Positions 18,673 through 29,615 of a stretch of 64,000 nt of DNA are shown here, in pieces. How positions within the stretch are numbered: the stretch's first letter is position 1; every line of letters starts with the position of its first letter. The position numbers were made by a program, and so were the translations under genes. The notes under the pieces were generated by a model. That model was not told the DNA's origin. It was given only the letters and a program-made list of their open reading frames with translations, and did not search any database. The stretch is taken from assembly GCA_031459875.1 (NCBI GenBank), contig JAVKHQ010000003.1:1-64000 (forward strand), read 5' to 3'. The stretch is from Candidatus Fervidifonticultor sextus (GTDB lineage: Bacteria; Sysuimicrobiota; Sysuimicrobiia; Sysuimicrobiales; Humicultoraceae).

Positions 18673-20830
18673 CCTCAATGGGCTCCGCCCGCTGGAGGAC
18701 CTCTCGCTGCGGTCGGCGGCTGCGGCCAGCGCGCAGCTCACCACCGAGGCCGCCGCGCTGGCGGCCGAGTGCTACGCGCCCGGCACCTTCCGGCTCCGGT
18801 TCGCCGCCAGCCCGGACCAGGCGGGACCAGACTACGGACTCCTGAGCGCGAAACCGTCCCCTCCAGCGCAGGCACGGTTCGAGGTCGATGCAGGCGTCTT
18901 CCGCCTGACGGCCGGGGAGGTGTCGCTGGAGTTGATCCCGCGGCCGGTCCGGCTGCGGCTGGTGCGCGGCGGCAGCACGCTGCTCGAATCCACCGGCGAC
19001 GGGCACATCCGCGGCGGCCTACGCATCCCGGCGCTCGCCACGGAGACTGGAGGCGAGGCCTGGTGGATGGCGCTCGGCCTTAGCAGCTGCGAGCCGGTCT
19101 ACGGCCTGGGCGAAAAGTTCGGCCCCCTGAACCGCCGCAGCCAGTTGATCGTCTCGTGGAATGAAGACGCGCTGGGCACGAACACCGAGCGGTCCTACAA
19201 GAACGCGCCGTTTGCCTGGAGCCCGAAGGGCTGGGGTGTGTTCGTCCACACCACGGCCCGCGTCGTGCACGGCGTCGGCTATCCGCAGTGGTCGCAGCGG
19301 AGCTACATCGTGCGCGTGGCGGACCCGGTGCTGGACGTGTTCCTGGTGACCGGCGCGTCGCCGGCGGAGATCCTCGAGCGCTACACCCACCTGGTCGGCC
19401 GGCCGCCGCTACTTCCCCGGTGGAGTTACGGCGTGTGGATGTCGCGGTGCTACTATCGCACAGCCGATGAGGCCATGGAGGCCGCGCGCGGGCTGCGAGA
19501 GCGTCGTATCCCCGCTGACGTGCTCGTGCTTGACGGCCGGGCGTGGTTGAAAGTCGAGACCCGATTCGCGTTTGAATGGGACCGCCAGAGATATCCCGAT
19601 CCCGCGGCGTTCGCCCGGCAGCTCCGGGCCCTGAACTTCCGGCTGTGCGTGTGGGAGTATCCGTACGTCTCGGTGCACCATCCGCTCTTCTCAGAACTGG
19701 CGAAGAAGGGCTACCTGCTGCGCACCGGCCAGGGAGACCCCTATGTCTACCAGTGGGACCCGGGACCGTTCGGCGAACTCCTCACCCCGCTGCCGCCCAG
19801 CGGCATGGTGGACTTCACCAACCCCGAGGCCTACGCATGGTACCGGGACGCCCACCAACAGCTCTTCGCGCATGGCGTGGACGTCATCAAGACCGACTTC
19901 GGGGAGCAGGTCCCCGTTGATGCCCTGGCCGCCAACGGCGATGGCGGTGCACGGCTGCACAACGCGTATCCCCTGCTCTACAACCGCTGCGTGTTCGAGG
20001 CGACTGCGAAGCATGCTCCGGGCGGCGCGCTCGTCTGGGGCCGGTCGGGCTGGGCCGGGAGCCAGCGCTACCCCATCCAGTGGGGCGGTGATCCGCAGGC
20101 CGATTGGGAGGGCCTCGCCGCCAGCATCCGCGGCGGGCTCTCGTGGGGCGCCTCGGGCGTCCCGTTCTACAGCCACGACATCGGTGGGTTCTATCACATC
20201 ACGCCCGGCGCCATGCCCGATACCGAGCTCTATATCCGCTGGACGCAGGCCGGCGTCATGGCATCCCACACCCGCTTTCACGGCACCAGCCCGCGGGAGC
20301 CGTGGCACTACGGCCAGGCGGCCGAAGACATCGTGCGCCGCTGGCTCGAGTGGCGGTACCGCCTGATCCCGTACCTGGAGGCGTGCGCATTCGAGGCGCA
20401 CCGCACCGGATTGCCGGTGATGCGGGCGATGCCCATCGCCATGCCCGACGATCCGGCGTCGTGGGCGTTCGAGCACCAGTACCTGCTCGGGCCGTCGCTG
20501 CTGGTGGCGCCGGTCATCGAACCCGGCGGGGTGGTGCACCTCTACTTGCCCGCTGGCGGATGGTGCGATCTCAACAACGGCCAGTGGTTCGAGGGACCGG
20601 CGGTGCTGGAACGCGCCGTGCCGCTGGACAAGATGCCGGTCTACGGCCGCGAGGGACACATGTTGCCCCTGGGCCCGGTCGTCCAGCATACGGGCGAGCT
20701 GGGTGAGGGCGTTCAGCTCGAGGAGCTGTGGCTCTTTGGGACGCCGCAGGTGGGGGTAGCGTGGCCCGACCTGGGCATCGAGCCGGACCTGCGCGGGGTG
20801 CCTCCAGGCGTGCGCGTCCGGCGCTGGTAG
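18662..20830 (+). CDS. GH31 glycoside hydrolase, alpha-xylosidase (YicI)-like
   Basis: YGLGE, nucleophile motif KTDFGE, WGGD, SHDIGGF, HTRFHG and PVMRAM. Confidence 0.9.
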   Translation: MDVDLNGLRPLEDLSLRSAAAASAQLTTEAAALAAECYAPGTFRLRFAASPDQAGPDYGLLSAKPSPPAQARFEVDAGVFRLTAGEVSLELIPRPVRLRLVRGGSTLLESTGDGHIRGGLRIPALATETGGEAWWMALGLSSCEPVYGLGEKFGPLNRRSQLIVSWNEDALGTNTERSYKNAPFAWSPKGWGVFVHTTARVVHGVGYPQWSQRSYIVRVADPVLDVFLVTGASPAEILERYTHLVGRPPLLPRWSYGVWMSRCYYRTADEAMEAARGLRERRIPADVLVLDGRAWLKVETRFAFEWDRQRYPDPAAFARQLRALNFRLCVWEYPYVSVHHPLFSELAKKGYLLRTGQGDPYVYQWDPGPFGELLTPLPPSGMVDFTNPEAYAWYRDAHQQLFAHGVDVIKTDFGEQVPVDALAANGDGGARLHNAYPLLYNRCVFEATAKHAPGGALVWGRSGWAGSQRYPIQWGGDPQADWEGLAASIRGGLSWGASGVPFYSHDIGGFYHITPGAMPDTELYIRWTQAGVMASHTRFHGTSPREPWHYGQAAEDIVRRWLEWRYRLIPYLEACAFEAHRTGLPVMRAMPIAMPDDPASWAFEHQYLLGPSLLVAPVIEPGGVVHLYLPAGGWCDLNNGQWFEGPAVLERAVPLDKMPVYGREGHMLPLGPVVQHTGELGEGVQLEELWLFGTPQVGVAWPDLGIEPDLRGVPPGVRVRRW

Positions 20831-20870
20831 TGCGGCGCGCTGACCAGCATCAGGCAGGGGTTGCCGGCGC

Positions 20871-22026
20871 TCAGGCCGCCTGGAGAGCCTCGATCAATGC
20901 GTCGATGTCCTCGGGCGCATTGTACAGATGGGGTGACACCCGAATCCCGTAGGGACGCAGCGCGGTGATCACGTCCCTCTGCAAGAGATGGGCGCGCAGC
21001 GCCTCATCGCGCTTGAGGTCGCCCGTCGTGAAGCTCAGGATGGCCGAGCGCGTCTGTGGCCCCAGGGACGACGTGACGGTGAACCCGAGCCGCCGCCGCC
21101 CGGCGATCAACCGGTCCAGCAGTGCCACCACGTGGGGGTGGATGCGCTCCACGCCGGCCTCGACCAGCAGCCCCAGCGACTGCTCCAGGACCACCTGCGC
21201 CGTCGTGCAGTCGCCGCCGACCTGGTAGCGCATCGCGTCCTCTTTCCAGACCAGGGCGGGACGATCCATCAGCGACGTACAGACGCTCTCCTGCCCGGCC
21301 CGATCCGGCACCAGGGCGGGCATCGCGTCCCGCCGAACGTAGAAGACCGCCGCCCCGGGAATGCCCATCAGCTACTTGTAGCACCCGGCCACGAGCACGT
21401 CGGCCTGCATCTGTTGCACGTCCACCGGGGTGGCGCCCAGGCTCTGGATCGCATCCACAACGAGCAGGATGCCGCAGGACCGACAGATCTGTCCCAGTCG
21501 CCCCACATCCACCAAGTGCCCCGAGGCCCACTGAACGTGGCTGATGGACACGGCGCGGGTGCGGCCGTCGATCGCGGCGCACAGTGCGTCCATGTCCACG
21601 TGTCCCAACGGCGCAGGCACAAGGCGCGCCTCGACGCCGCGGGGGGCCAGGTTTAGCCACGGGTAGACCACCCCGGGATACTCGCAACTCCGGCAGGACC
21701 ACATTGTCGCCCGGCCGCCAGTCTATGGCGTTGGCCGCAATGGCGACCCCGTCACAGGTCGACGGCACGAAAGTGATCTCTGAGAGGTCGGCGTTGATGG
21801 TCGCTGCCACCAGCCGGCGCAGCGGGCCGCAGTCGTAGTCCTCGGCATTGGCCTTGTAGCGCAGGTGCTTACGTTGGGCGCGGGCGGCATAGGCCGCCAG
21901 CGCCTGGGCAGATCGGGCCGGCAGCGGCGAGGAGCCGGCATGGTTAAGGAAGGCACACTCGGCGGCGAGAGGAAATTCCCGGGACCGAAGGTGCTGGAGG
22001 TCAATGTCTGGCGAGATGGTCGTCAC
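20871..22026 (-). pseudogene. Class V aminotransferase / cysteine desulfurase-like pseudogene
   Basis: FLNHAGSSP, VDAIQSLG and GCYK-LMG motifs; extra base at about 21684 shifts the frame; TAG at 21372-21374 replaces the expected Trp after the PLP lysine. Confidence 0.85.
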
Positions 22027-22044
22027 AGTATCACCCCTATCCGC

Positions 22045-24300
22045 TTATCTGCTGCGGCGAGGTACCCAGGCCAGCCCGAGCGCGCGCACAGTAACGCCGG
22101 CGCGCCTGGGCCTCACGACCACGGTTTCCAGTGGCTCGCTGGCGGGATCGAAGGCGCCGATGGCGTTGTCGGTTTCGGCAGTGATCTGCGCCCCGAGCTC
22201 GGCGAGTTGCTGGCGAAGTGCGTCGACGGTCTCCTGTGCCCGTCGCACGTCTTGTGCCGCTTTGTACGACCGGCTGGCTCCACGGGCCGTGGTGGTCGCG
22301 CGCCCCAGCGTGCCCGCGGTCGCCGCCCGGCGGCCCATCAACGCCCCAAGCAGGGTCGCGCCCACCGAGATCGCAGTCTGGATCTGCTGCTGGACCTGGA
22401 GTTTCTCCCGCTCGACGGCCTCCTGAGCCCGCCTCAGGCGCTCCGACTCCACGGGCCGAGACGTTTCCCCGACGGCGGATGGCGGTACAGCTGCAGCGAC
22501 TGCGCCTGGAGCAGCCACCGCGCGAACTCCTTGCCCACACCTCGTAGCTCCTGGGCCTGGCGGCCGGTGGCGGGAGGTCGCCAAAGGCGCCGGCTGCGTT
22601 GGCTCGGTGTGCAACTCCTGCACGCCGAATCCGGCCGTCTGAGCGGCGGCCCAGTCCACCGCCACGACGCCACGCTGGATCGGTGCCAGGGCCACGAACT
22701 CCCGGACCAGATAGACCTCGAGCTTGGGGTCGTGGAACCGCACCTGGGCGGCGCCCAGCAGCATCGGCTCATATCGAATGAGCCCGGACCCCTCTGTCGG
22801 GACGAAGTATTGCGGAATGTCCGGCGGCAGCAGGGGACGGACAAGGCCTGCAGCCAGGGGCGTCGGGGGAGTCGTGGCTGCCGGCTCCGCAGCGGCGGCG
22901 GTCACGGCGGACGGAGGGGCCGGTACGGCCGCCGGCGCGGGTGCGCTGGCCATCGCGGCAGCCTGAAACGCGGATCGCAGTGGATCCATCGGGCGCTTGA
23001 TCTGGTCCTGGGTGAGCGGACCCCGCAGATACGACATCGCCCACCGCGTCTGGAAGACAACGGGCGCGGACCCGTGCACGTTGTGGAGCAGGAAGATGCG
23101 GCTCCCCAATCCTGAGAGCAGCGCGCCCATGCGGGCCCGGTCGAACGTCCCGCCGGCGGTGGCGACTGCTCCCTCCAGGCCTTCCAGGACGCGGGCCTTG
23201 TCGCGTTCCGTCTGCAACCGACCGAGAAACCACGTACCGGCGTTGGCGAGGCCCTTGTAGTCCAGATCGACCGGATTCTGCGTAGCCAGCACCACGCCCA
23301 GTCCAAAGGCCCGGGCCTGCTTGAGGAGGGCCAGCAGGGGCGGCTTCGACGGAGGGTTGGCCACCGGGGGGAAGAACCCGAGGATTTCGTCCATGTAGAG
23401 CACCGCCCGCAGGCTGGTGGTACCCGATTGTCCGCGGACCCACCCGCGCACCTGATGAGCAGCAGCGAGACGAAAAACATGCGCTCGGCATCGGTCAGAT
23501 GGGCAATCGAAAAGATGGCAACGCGGGGCTTGCCGGCCGGCGTGTACAGGAACCGGCCCACGTCCATCGGCTCGCCCTCGGTCCAGGCGGTGAAGTCCGG
23601 CGAGGCCAGCAAGTTGTTGAGGCGGATCGCGAGTTCGAACCGGTGCGCGGACGGATAGAACGTCTCCAGGTCCAACACGCCCACCCGCTGTACCGGCGGG
23701 TTCTGAATCTGATGGATCAGGCTGGCCAGGTCGAGATCCGCGCCAGCTCGCCAGGCCGCATCGAGGATCGTGGAGATCAGGATGTGTTCACGACTCCGCA
23801 GCGGATCCGACTTCACGCCCACCAACGCCAGCAGACCCGTCGCCGTACCGCTGACTCGGTCGGCCAGCGCCTCCCGATCCTCCCGCACCGCAGGCGGCGG
23901 GGCCTGGAGTGAGCTGAGGACCGAGACCGGGATACCCGCGGTGCTGCCGGGGGGTGTAGATGACGAACTCGGCCGCCTCCCGCAGGCGTCGGATGGGGCC
24001 ACCGTCCTGTCCCCATCCGGCCAACCCCTCCGCCCACATGGCGGCCTGCTGCCTGGCGAACTCCACAGGCGCGAGGTTGGCCGCACGGGCGTCGTCCTCG
24101 TCGATCCATGGCAGGAAGTCTTCGGGACGCAGGTCGGGAAACGCGAGCAGCAGGTTGCCGAGATCGCCTCTGGGGTCGATGGCGATGGCCGGTACACCGT
24201 CCAGCGCCGCCTCCTCTAACAGCGCGAGGCGCAGGCCGGTCTTGCCAGGTAGAACACGCCCAGCCCCTCGAAGGCGTGCGGCGCAGCGGGTCGGGGTGCA
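22045..24300 (-). pseudogene. HerA/FtsK-like P-loop ATPase pseudogene
   Basis: Segments [28 protein letters not shown] and [12 protein letters not shown] lie in three frames; Walker A is truncated to KTG; at least six lesions. Confidence 0.85.
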
Positions 24301-24359
24301 GCTCCCTCCGTCTGGCGCAGCTGGCGGCGACGTGTCGGCACCGTTGGCCCTCCCGATGA

Positions 24360-24803
24360 CTATGACGACAACTGAGACGTGCAGTGCAGGCAGCGCCTGG
24401 CCACCAGCGGAATGCTCATCCCGCACTGGGGGCACTCCTTGGCTGAGGGCGCGGCAACCGGGGCCTCGCGCCTGAAGCGGTTGGTGATCCTGACCACCTG
24501 GAAGACGGCGAACGCGACGATCAGGAAGTTGACGACCGCATTGAGAAACGCCCCGTACGCGATCACCGCAGCGCGGGCTTCCCTGGCGGCCTTGAGGCTG
24601 GGGTAGGTCTGACCCGAGAGGTTGACGAACAGGTTGGAGAAGTCGACCCTGCCGAGGACCAGCCCGACGGGCGGCATGACGATGTCGCTGACGAACGAGT
24701 TGACAATGGCGCCAAATGCTGCGCCGATAATGATGCCCACCGCGAGATCTACCACACTCCCTCGCAGGGCGAACCCTTGAACATTTTCCACACGGTCGCT
24801 CAC
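24360..24803 (-). pseudogene. mscL: Large-conductance mechanosensitive channel with C-terminal CxxC-CxxC tail, probably frameshifted near the 5' end
   Basis: FALRGSVVDLAVGIIIGAAFGAIVNS and YGAFLNAVVNFLIVAF; the SD-supported GTG at 24793 (MWKMFK) is one base out of frame with the body. Confidence 0.7.
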
Positions 24804-24972
24804 CTCCTGGCGATGGCGCCGTCGCCATCGTGCTTCGCCCCGCCACGGGTCGTCCCCCTACAGGTGCCGGGCCGGATGATCACGTATTACATTCTTCGGT
24901 AACGGGGGCGTTTCCGCAGCTGCAGACGCGGGTTGGTGCAGGAATTCTCAGGAGCCGTATGGCGGACCCGGC

Positions 24973-25671
24973 GTGAACACCATCGCAATGATCACTGTGG
25001 GACAGGCGCCGCGCGACGACCTGGTGCCGCACATGGCGCAGGTCTTCAGCCGCAACGTGACCATCTGGCAGGCGGGGGTGCTCGACGGGCTTTCACAGGA
25101 GGCCATGGCCGACCTCGCGCCCGACCCGGGAGAGGTGGGCATCGTCGCCCGGTTGCTGGACGGTTCCCATGTCCTGCTCTCCCACGGAAAGATCCTGCCC
25201 AGGGTGCAGGTGTTGGTCGACCGCGCGGTGGCGCAGGGTGCCGGGCTCATCGTCATCCTCTGCGGCGCCGACTGGTCGGCGCTGCGCTCGTCCACGCTGA
25301 TCGTCAACCCTGGCAAGGTCTTTCCGGCCGTCGTCTCGGCCCTGGCCTCGGGGTGGAGGCTCGGGGTGATCAAACCTTCGCCAGGACAGATCCAGCAGGC
25401 CCGCAGGCAGTTTGCCGAGCGCGGCATCCAGGCCGTGGTCACAGCGGCATCGCCGTACACGGGCGAGCAGCGCCTGCGGGATGTCCGCGCGGCGGCCGAG
25501 GAGCTCCGGGCCGCGGGTGTGGACCTGGTCTGGATGACCTGTGTGGGGATGGACGAAGCGATGCGCGCCGTCGTGCGGGAGGTTACCGGCAAACCGGTCA
25601 TCCTGGCCCGCACGATTCTCGCTCGCATCATCGACGAGTTCCTGGCCGCGGAACGGGTGCCGGTCCCATAG
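24973..25671 (+). CDS. AroM family protein
   Basis: ITVGQAPRDD, RLLDGS, ASPY and MTCVGM resemble the AroM family signatures. Confidence 0.8.
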   Translation: MNTIAMITVGQAPRDDLVPHMAQVFSRNVTIWQAGVLDGLSQEAMADLAPDPGEVGIVARLLDGSHVLLSHGKILPRVQVLVDRAVAQGAGLIVILCGADWSALRSSTLIVNPGKVFPAVVSALASGWRLGVIKPSPGQIQQARRQFAERGIQAVVTAASPYTGEQRLRDVRAAAEELRAAGVDLVWMTCVGMDEAMRAVVREVTGKPVILARTILARIIDEFLAAERVPVP

Positions 25672-25730
25672 CCGTGCTCCAGTTGTTTAATCCTTGATGC
25701 CGTCTCATACACCATTGAGGAGGATTGTGA

Positions 25731-27545
25731 ATGGCCATCGCACGCAGGGCATCGTCGTTCGAAGAGCGCCTGCGCCGCGCTGTGTCCGTGCGGCGCCTGC
25801 GGGCGCACCTGGAGAAGTTCTCGACGTTGCACCGCGAGGCCGGCAGCCCCGACGAGCGCGCCGCTGTGGACTATATCGCCGAGACCCTGCGGGCCGACGG
25901 CGTTGAGGTGACAATCCACGAGTTTCGCGGGTTCGTGAGCCTGCCGCGGGACGCGTCGTTGGACGTGCTGACGCCCGACCCGATGAGCATCCCCTGCCGG
26001 CCCAGGTCGTTTGGGGCCAACACGCCGCCCGGCGGGCTGGAGGGCGAGCTGGTCTTTGCTGGCTCGCTGGAGGAAGACCGCAGCACGATGATCTTTGCCC
26101 GCACCGGCGACGACCGCGACTACGACGGTATCGACGCCCGCGGCAAGATCGTGCTGGGCACGGCCGGCGGCCCCGACGGCGTCAAACGCGCATCCGACCA
26201 TGGCGCCATCGCCTACATTCACATGTGGCCCTCGGGCGAAGACGCCATTCACGAGATGATCGTCACCAGTATCTGGGGCACGCCGACACCCGAGTCCATC
26301 GGCCGGCTGCCCAGGATCCCGGCGCTCTCCATCAAGAAGGCCGACGGCCAACGGCTACGGACGATGATGGCCCGGGGCCCGGTGCGCGTGCGCATCCACG
26401 CCAGGGCCGAGACCGGCTGGCGCACGCTGCCCCTGGCCGTAGCAGACATCAGAGGCGCGGAACCCGAGTTCCTGCTGGTGGGCGCCCACATTGACTCGTG
26501 GTACGAGGGCGTCACCGACAATGCCACGGGCGACGCGTGCCTGCTGGAGATGGCGCGGGTACTGCACACCCAGCGCGGCAGGCTACGCCGCGGCGTGCGC
26601 TTCGCTTGGTGGCCGGGCCACTCCCACGGCCGGTACGCCGGCTCGACCTGGTATGCCGACCACGCCTTCGACGACCTGCGGCGGTACGCGCTGGGCTATC
26701 TCAACATCGACTCTCCCGGCGTGCGCGAGACCGCCATCTTCGACTGCCGCTACAACATGGGCGAAGTCGAGGATTTGATGAAGCGCACCGTGCCCGAGGT
26801 CACCGGGCAATCACCCAACATCCGCCGCCCCTTCAAGGCTGGCGACCAGTCGTTCTGGGGCATCGGGCTCCCCTCGCTGGGCGCCTTTCGCATGCTGCCC
26901 CTCGATCACCCCGAGCGGGCCACGGTGGGCGGATCGGGCGCCGGCTGGTGGTGGCATACGCCCGCGGACACGCTGGAGCGGGCCGATCCGGCCATCCTGG
27001 CCAGCGACACACAGCTCTATCTCACCATTGCGGCCCGGGTGGTCATGCCGCCGGTGCTGCCGTTCAACTTCGTACCGACCGCCCGGGACTTCTCCACCCT
27101 GCTCGTCGAGCTGCGCGAGGCGGCTGGCGGCGGAGGGGTGTCGCTCGACGATCTGGTTGGGAGAGCGCAGCGCTTCGAGGAACTGGCCGAACGGCTCGAG
27201 CGGGCCCGCGCGGCACTGGCCGACGCCGCCGGGGAACGCAAGCCAGGCCGCCGGGCGAGCCAGCAGATCGCGCGCCTCAACCGGGGCCTGATGGCACTGT
27301 CGCGCATGCTGAACCCGGTCCTCTACACGGTGGAGGGTCCCTACGACCACGACCCGGCGCTCCAGGTTCCCATGCTACCCGGGCTTCAGGGGGTGAGAAG
27401 ACTGGCTGCCCTCGACCCTGACTCGGACGAATACGGCTTCCTGCGGACGCGCCTGGTGCGGGAGCGCAACCGGGTCGCTGACGCGCTGGCCAGCGCCGCC
27501 GACCACGTGGGGTGGCTGCTCGCGCAGAGCGGCGTCCCGGCGTGA
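25731..27545 (+). CDS. M28 family metallopeptidase with PA domain
   Basis: PA region (DARGKIVL, IPALSI), GAHIDSW, DNATG, NIDSPG and WWHT; SD GAGAGG. Confidence 0.85.
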   Translation: MAIARRASSFEERLRRAVSVRRLRAHLEKFSTLHREAGSPDERAAVDYIAETLRADGVEVTIHEFRGFVSLPRDASLDVLTPDPMSIPCRPRSFGANTPPGGLEGELVFAGSLEEDRSTMIFARTGDDRDYDGIDARGKIVLGTAGGPDGVKRASDHGAIAYIHMWPSGEDAIHEMIVTSIWGTPTPESIGRLPRIPALSIKKADGQRLRTMMARGPVRVRIHARAETGWRTLPLAVADIRGAEPEFLLVGAHIDSWYEGVTDNATGDACLLEMARVLHTQRGRLRRGVRFAWWPGHSHGRYAGSTWYADHAFDDLRRYALGYLNIDSPGVRETAIFDCRYNMGEVEDLMKRTVPEVTGQSPNIRRPFKAGDQSFWGIGLPSLGAFRMLPLDHPERATVGGSGAGWWWHTPADTLERADPAILASDTQLYLTIAARVVMPPVLPFNFVPTARDFSTLLVELREAAGGGGVSLDDLVGRAQRFEELAERLERARAALADAAGERKPGRRASQQIARLNRGLMALSRMLNPVLYTVEGPYDHDPALQVPMLPGLQGVRRLAALDPDSDEYGFLRTRLVRERNRVADALASAADHVGWLLAQSGVPA

Positions 27546-27555
27546 GGCTTCGGGC

Positions 27556-28668
27556 ATGGACGAAAGCCGCCTCATCGCCCACGCCCGGGCCCGCCTCATC
27601 GAGCGGCCGGCGTCCAGTCGTTTGACCACCTCGTATGGCGAAGCGCCGGCGGTGCGGCCGCACGTCATCGTGGAGATCGCCACCGCCGGCGGACTTCGGG
27701 GGTTGGGAGAAGCATCTCCTCTACCGGAATTCACCGGCGAGACGGCTGGCAGCGTGCTGTTCGCGCTGAACCAGACGTACCTGGCACCCCTGGTGGGGCG
27801 CGACCCCACGCCCATCGGGGCCATCATGGCTGACCTGGATCGCGCGCTGCCGGGCAACCCCTCGGCGAAGGCTGCGGTGGACATGGCACTGCACGACCTG
27901 GTCGGAAAGCTGCTGGGCGTGCCCGTGGCCACATTGCTGGGCGGCGCGCGCCGGCCGTCCGTGCGACTGGCGCGCGCTGTCGGCATCGGCACCGTGGCCG
28001 AGACCGTGGCCGCAGCCGAACGGTTCGTCGCGGCCGGATTCGGCACCATCAAGATGAAGGTCGGCCAGAATCCCCGCGCCGACGTGGAGCGGGTGCGGGC
28101 CGTGCGGGTCGCAGTCGGCCCGGACGTACAGATCCGCATTGACGGCAACCAGGGCTACGATCCGGCTACAGCCGTCGCCGTGCTCCGGAAGCTCGAATCA
28201 TGCGACCTCGAGTACATCGAGCAGCCCGTCCCGGCGTGGGATCACGCGGGCATGGCATTTGTGCGGCGCGCCACCGGCGTGCGGGTGCTGGCCGATGAGG
28301 CCCTCCACTCCCCTCAAGATGCGCTCACCCTGATTCGGGATGAAGCGGCCGACCTCTTCGCCCTCAAGTTTGTGAAGACGGCAGGCCTGACCCGCGCGCG
28401 GGAGATCGCGGCCATGGCGGATGCAGCCGGCATCGCCTGCGTGGTCATCAGCCCGTTCGAAACGCAGATCGGCGCCGCCGCCGGCCTGCACATGGCCCTG
28501 GCGCTGCCCGCCGGCCGTCACGCGCACGAGCTGACCGTCTTCGCCGCCCAGCCCGAGCTCGCCCGCACCGGCATCCGCCTGGAACGCGACACGTTGATCC
28601 CGGCGCCGCAGCCGGGGCTGGGGGTAGAGAGTATCACGGAGATCGAGCCCGCGGAGGCGGCCCGGTGA
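27556..28668 (+). CDS. Enolase-superfamily (MLE subgroup) racemase/epimerase
   Basis: KMKVG (KxK), DGNQG, EQP, ADE and LKFVK. Confidence 0.88.
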   Translation: MDESRLIAHARARLIERPASSRLTTSYGEAPAVRPHVIVEIATAGGLRGLGEASPLPEFTGETAGSVLFALNQTYLAPLVGRDPTPIGAIMADLDRALPGNPSAKAAVDMALHDLVGKLLGVPVATLLGGARRPSVRLARAVGIGTVAETVAAAERFVAAGFGTIKMKVGQNPRADVERVRAVRVAVGPDVQIRIDGNQGYDPATAVAVLRKLESCDLEYIEQPVPAWDHAGMAFVRRATGVRVLADEALHSPQDALTLIRDEAADLFALKFVKTAGLTRAREIAAMADAAGIACVVISPFETQIGAAAGLHMALALPAGRHAHELTVFAAQPELARTGIRLERDTLIPAPQPGLGVESITEIEPAEAAR

Positions 28669-29612
28669 GCCGGTATCTGCTGGTGCGAGTGTTACAGGGC
28701 GCAGCGCTGTTGTTCATCGTGAGCGCGGTGATCTTCCTGATCGTGCACAGCGCGCCCGGCGGCCCGGCCATCCTGAACAACCCGGACGTGGACCCGCAAA
28801 CCGCCCAGGCCATTGCCCGCGACCTGGGGCTGACCGATCCGGTGCCGGTGCAGTACGCGCGGTGGGTGGGGCGGGCCATCCGGGGCAACCTCGGCCGCTC
28901 GTATCAGCACCAGATCCCGGTGGTCGAGCTCATTGCCAACCGCATTCCCAATACGCTGATCCTGGCGGGGACGGCCCTGGCCCTGGCGGTGCTGGCGGCA
29001 ATCCCCCTGGGCGTCATCTCCGCCGTGCGGCGGTACTCGGCGGTGGACTACGTGGCCACCGTGGGCGCGTTCTTCGGCGTGTCCATCCCGACGTTCTGGC
29101 TCGGCATTATGTTCATCGTGCTCTTCTCGGTCACGTTGGGCTGGCTGCCGTCGGCGGGGATGCGGACGGCCGGCGTGGCGACCGGGGTGGGAGATCTGCT
29201 GCGTCACCTGATCATGCCCGCCGTGGTCCTCTCCACGTTCCCGCTGGCCCAGTTGATGCGCTACGCGCGGTCCAGCATGGTCGAGGTGCTGGGCCAGGAC
29301 TACGTCCGGACGGCGCAGGCCAAGGGTCTGGCCCCCGGGCGGGTGCTGGGCGTGCACGCGCTGCGCAACGCGTTGATCCCGGTGGTGACCGTCCTGGGCG
29401 TGATCATCCCGCGCCTGCTGTCCGGCGCGGTCATCACCGAGACCATCTTCGCCTGGCCCGGCCTGGGCCGGCTGGCGGTGGATGCGGCGGTCACACGCGA
29501 CTATCCGGTCATCATGGGGCTAACCATGACCACGGCCGTGCTGGTCATCGTCTGCAACCTGCTGACCGACGTGGCGTACGTGAGCCTCGATCCCAGGATC
29601 TCGCTGAGGTAG
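28665..29612 (+). CDS. Peptide/nickel ABC transporter permease (DppB-like)
   Basis: QYARW, SIPTFW, QDYVRTAQAKG, HALRNA and ETIFAWPGLG. Confidence 0.92.
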   Translation: MSRYLLVRVLQGAALLFIVSAVIFLIVHSAPGGPAILNNPDVDPQTAQAIARDLGLTDPVPVQYARWVGRAIRGNLGRSYQHQIPVVELIANRIPNTLILAGTALALAVLAAIPLGVISAVRRYSAVDYVATVGAFFGVSIPTFWLGIMFIVLFSVTLGWLPSAGMRTAGVATGVGDLLRHLIMPAVVLSTFPLAQLMRYARSSMVEVLGQDYVRTAQAKGLAPGRVLGVHALRNALIPVVTVLGVIIPRLLSGAVITETIFAWPGLGRLAVDAAVTRDYPVIMGLTMTTAVLVIVCNLLTDVAYVSLDPRISLR

Positions 29613-29615
29613 CCT

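Noticed and set aside
21372..21374. In-frame TAG as possible pyrrolysine or readthrough codon
   Set aside because: It replaces an expected Trp (TGG to TAG) in a gene that is also frameshifted, and no pyl genes are seen. A simple nonsense mutation is more likely.
23945..23958. G6 run as a programmed frameshift or phase-variation site
   Set aside because: The run is short and the gene has many other lesions, including loss of Walker A.
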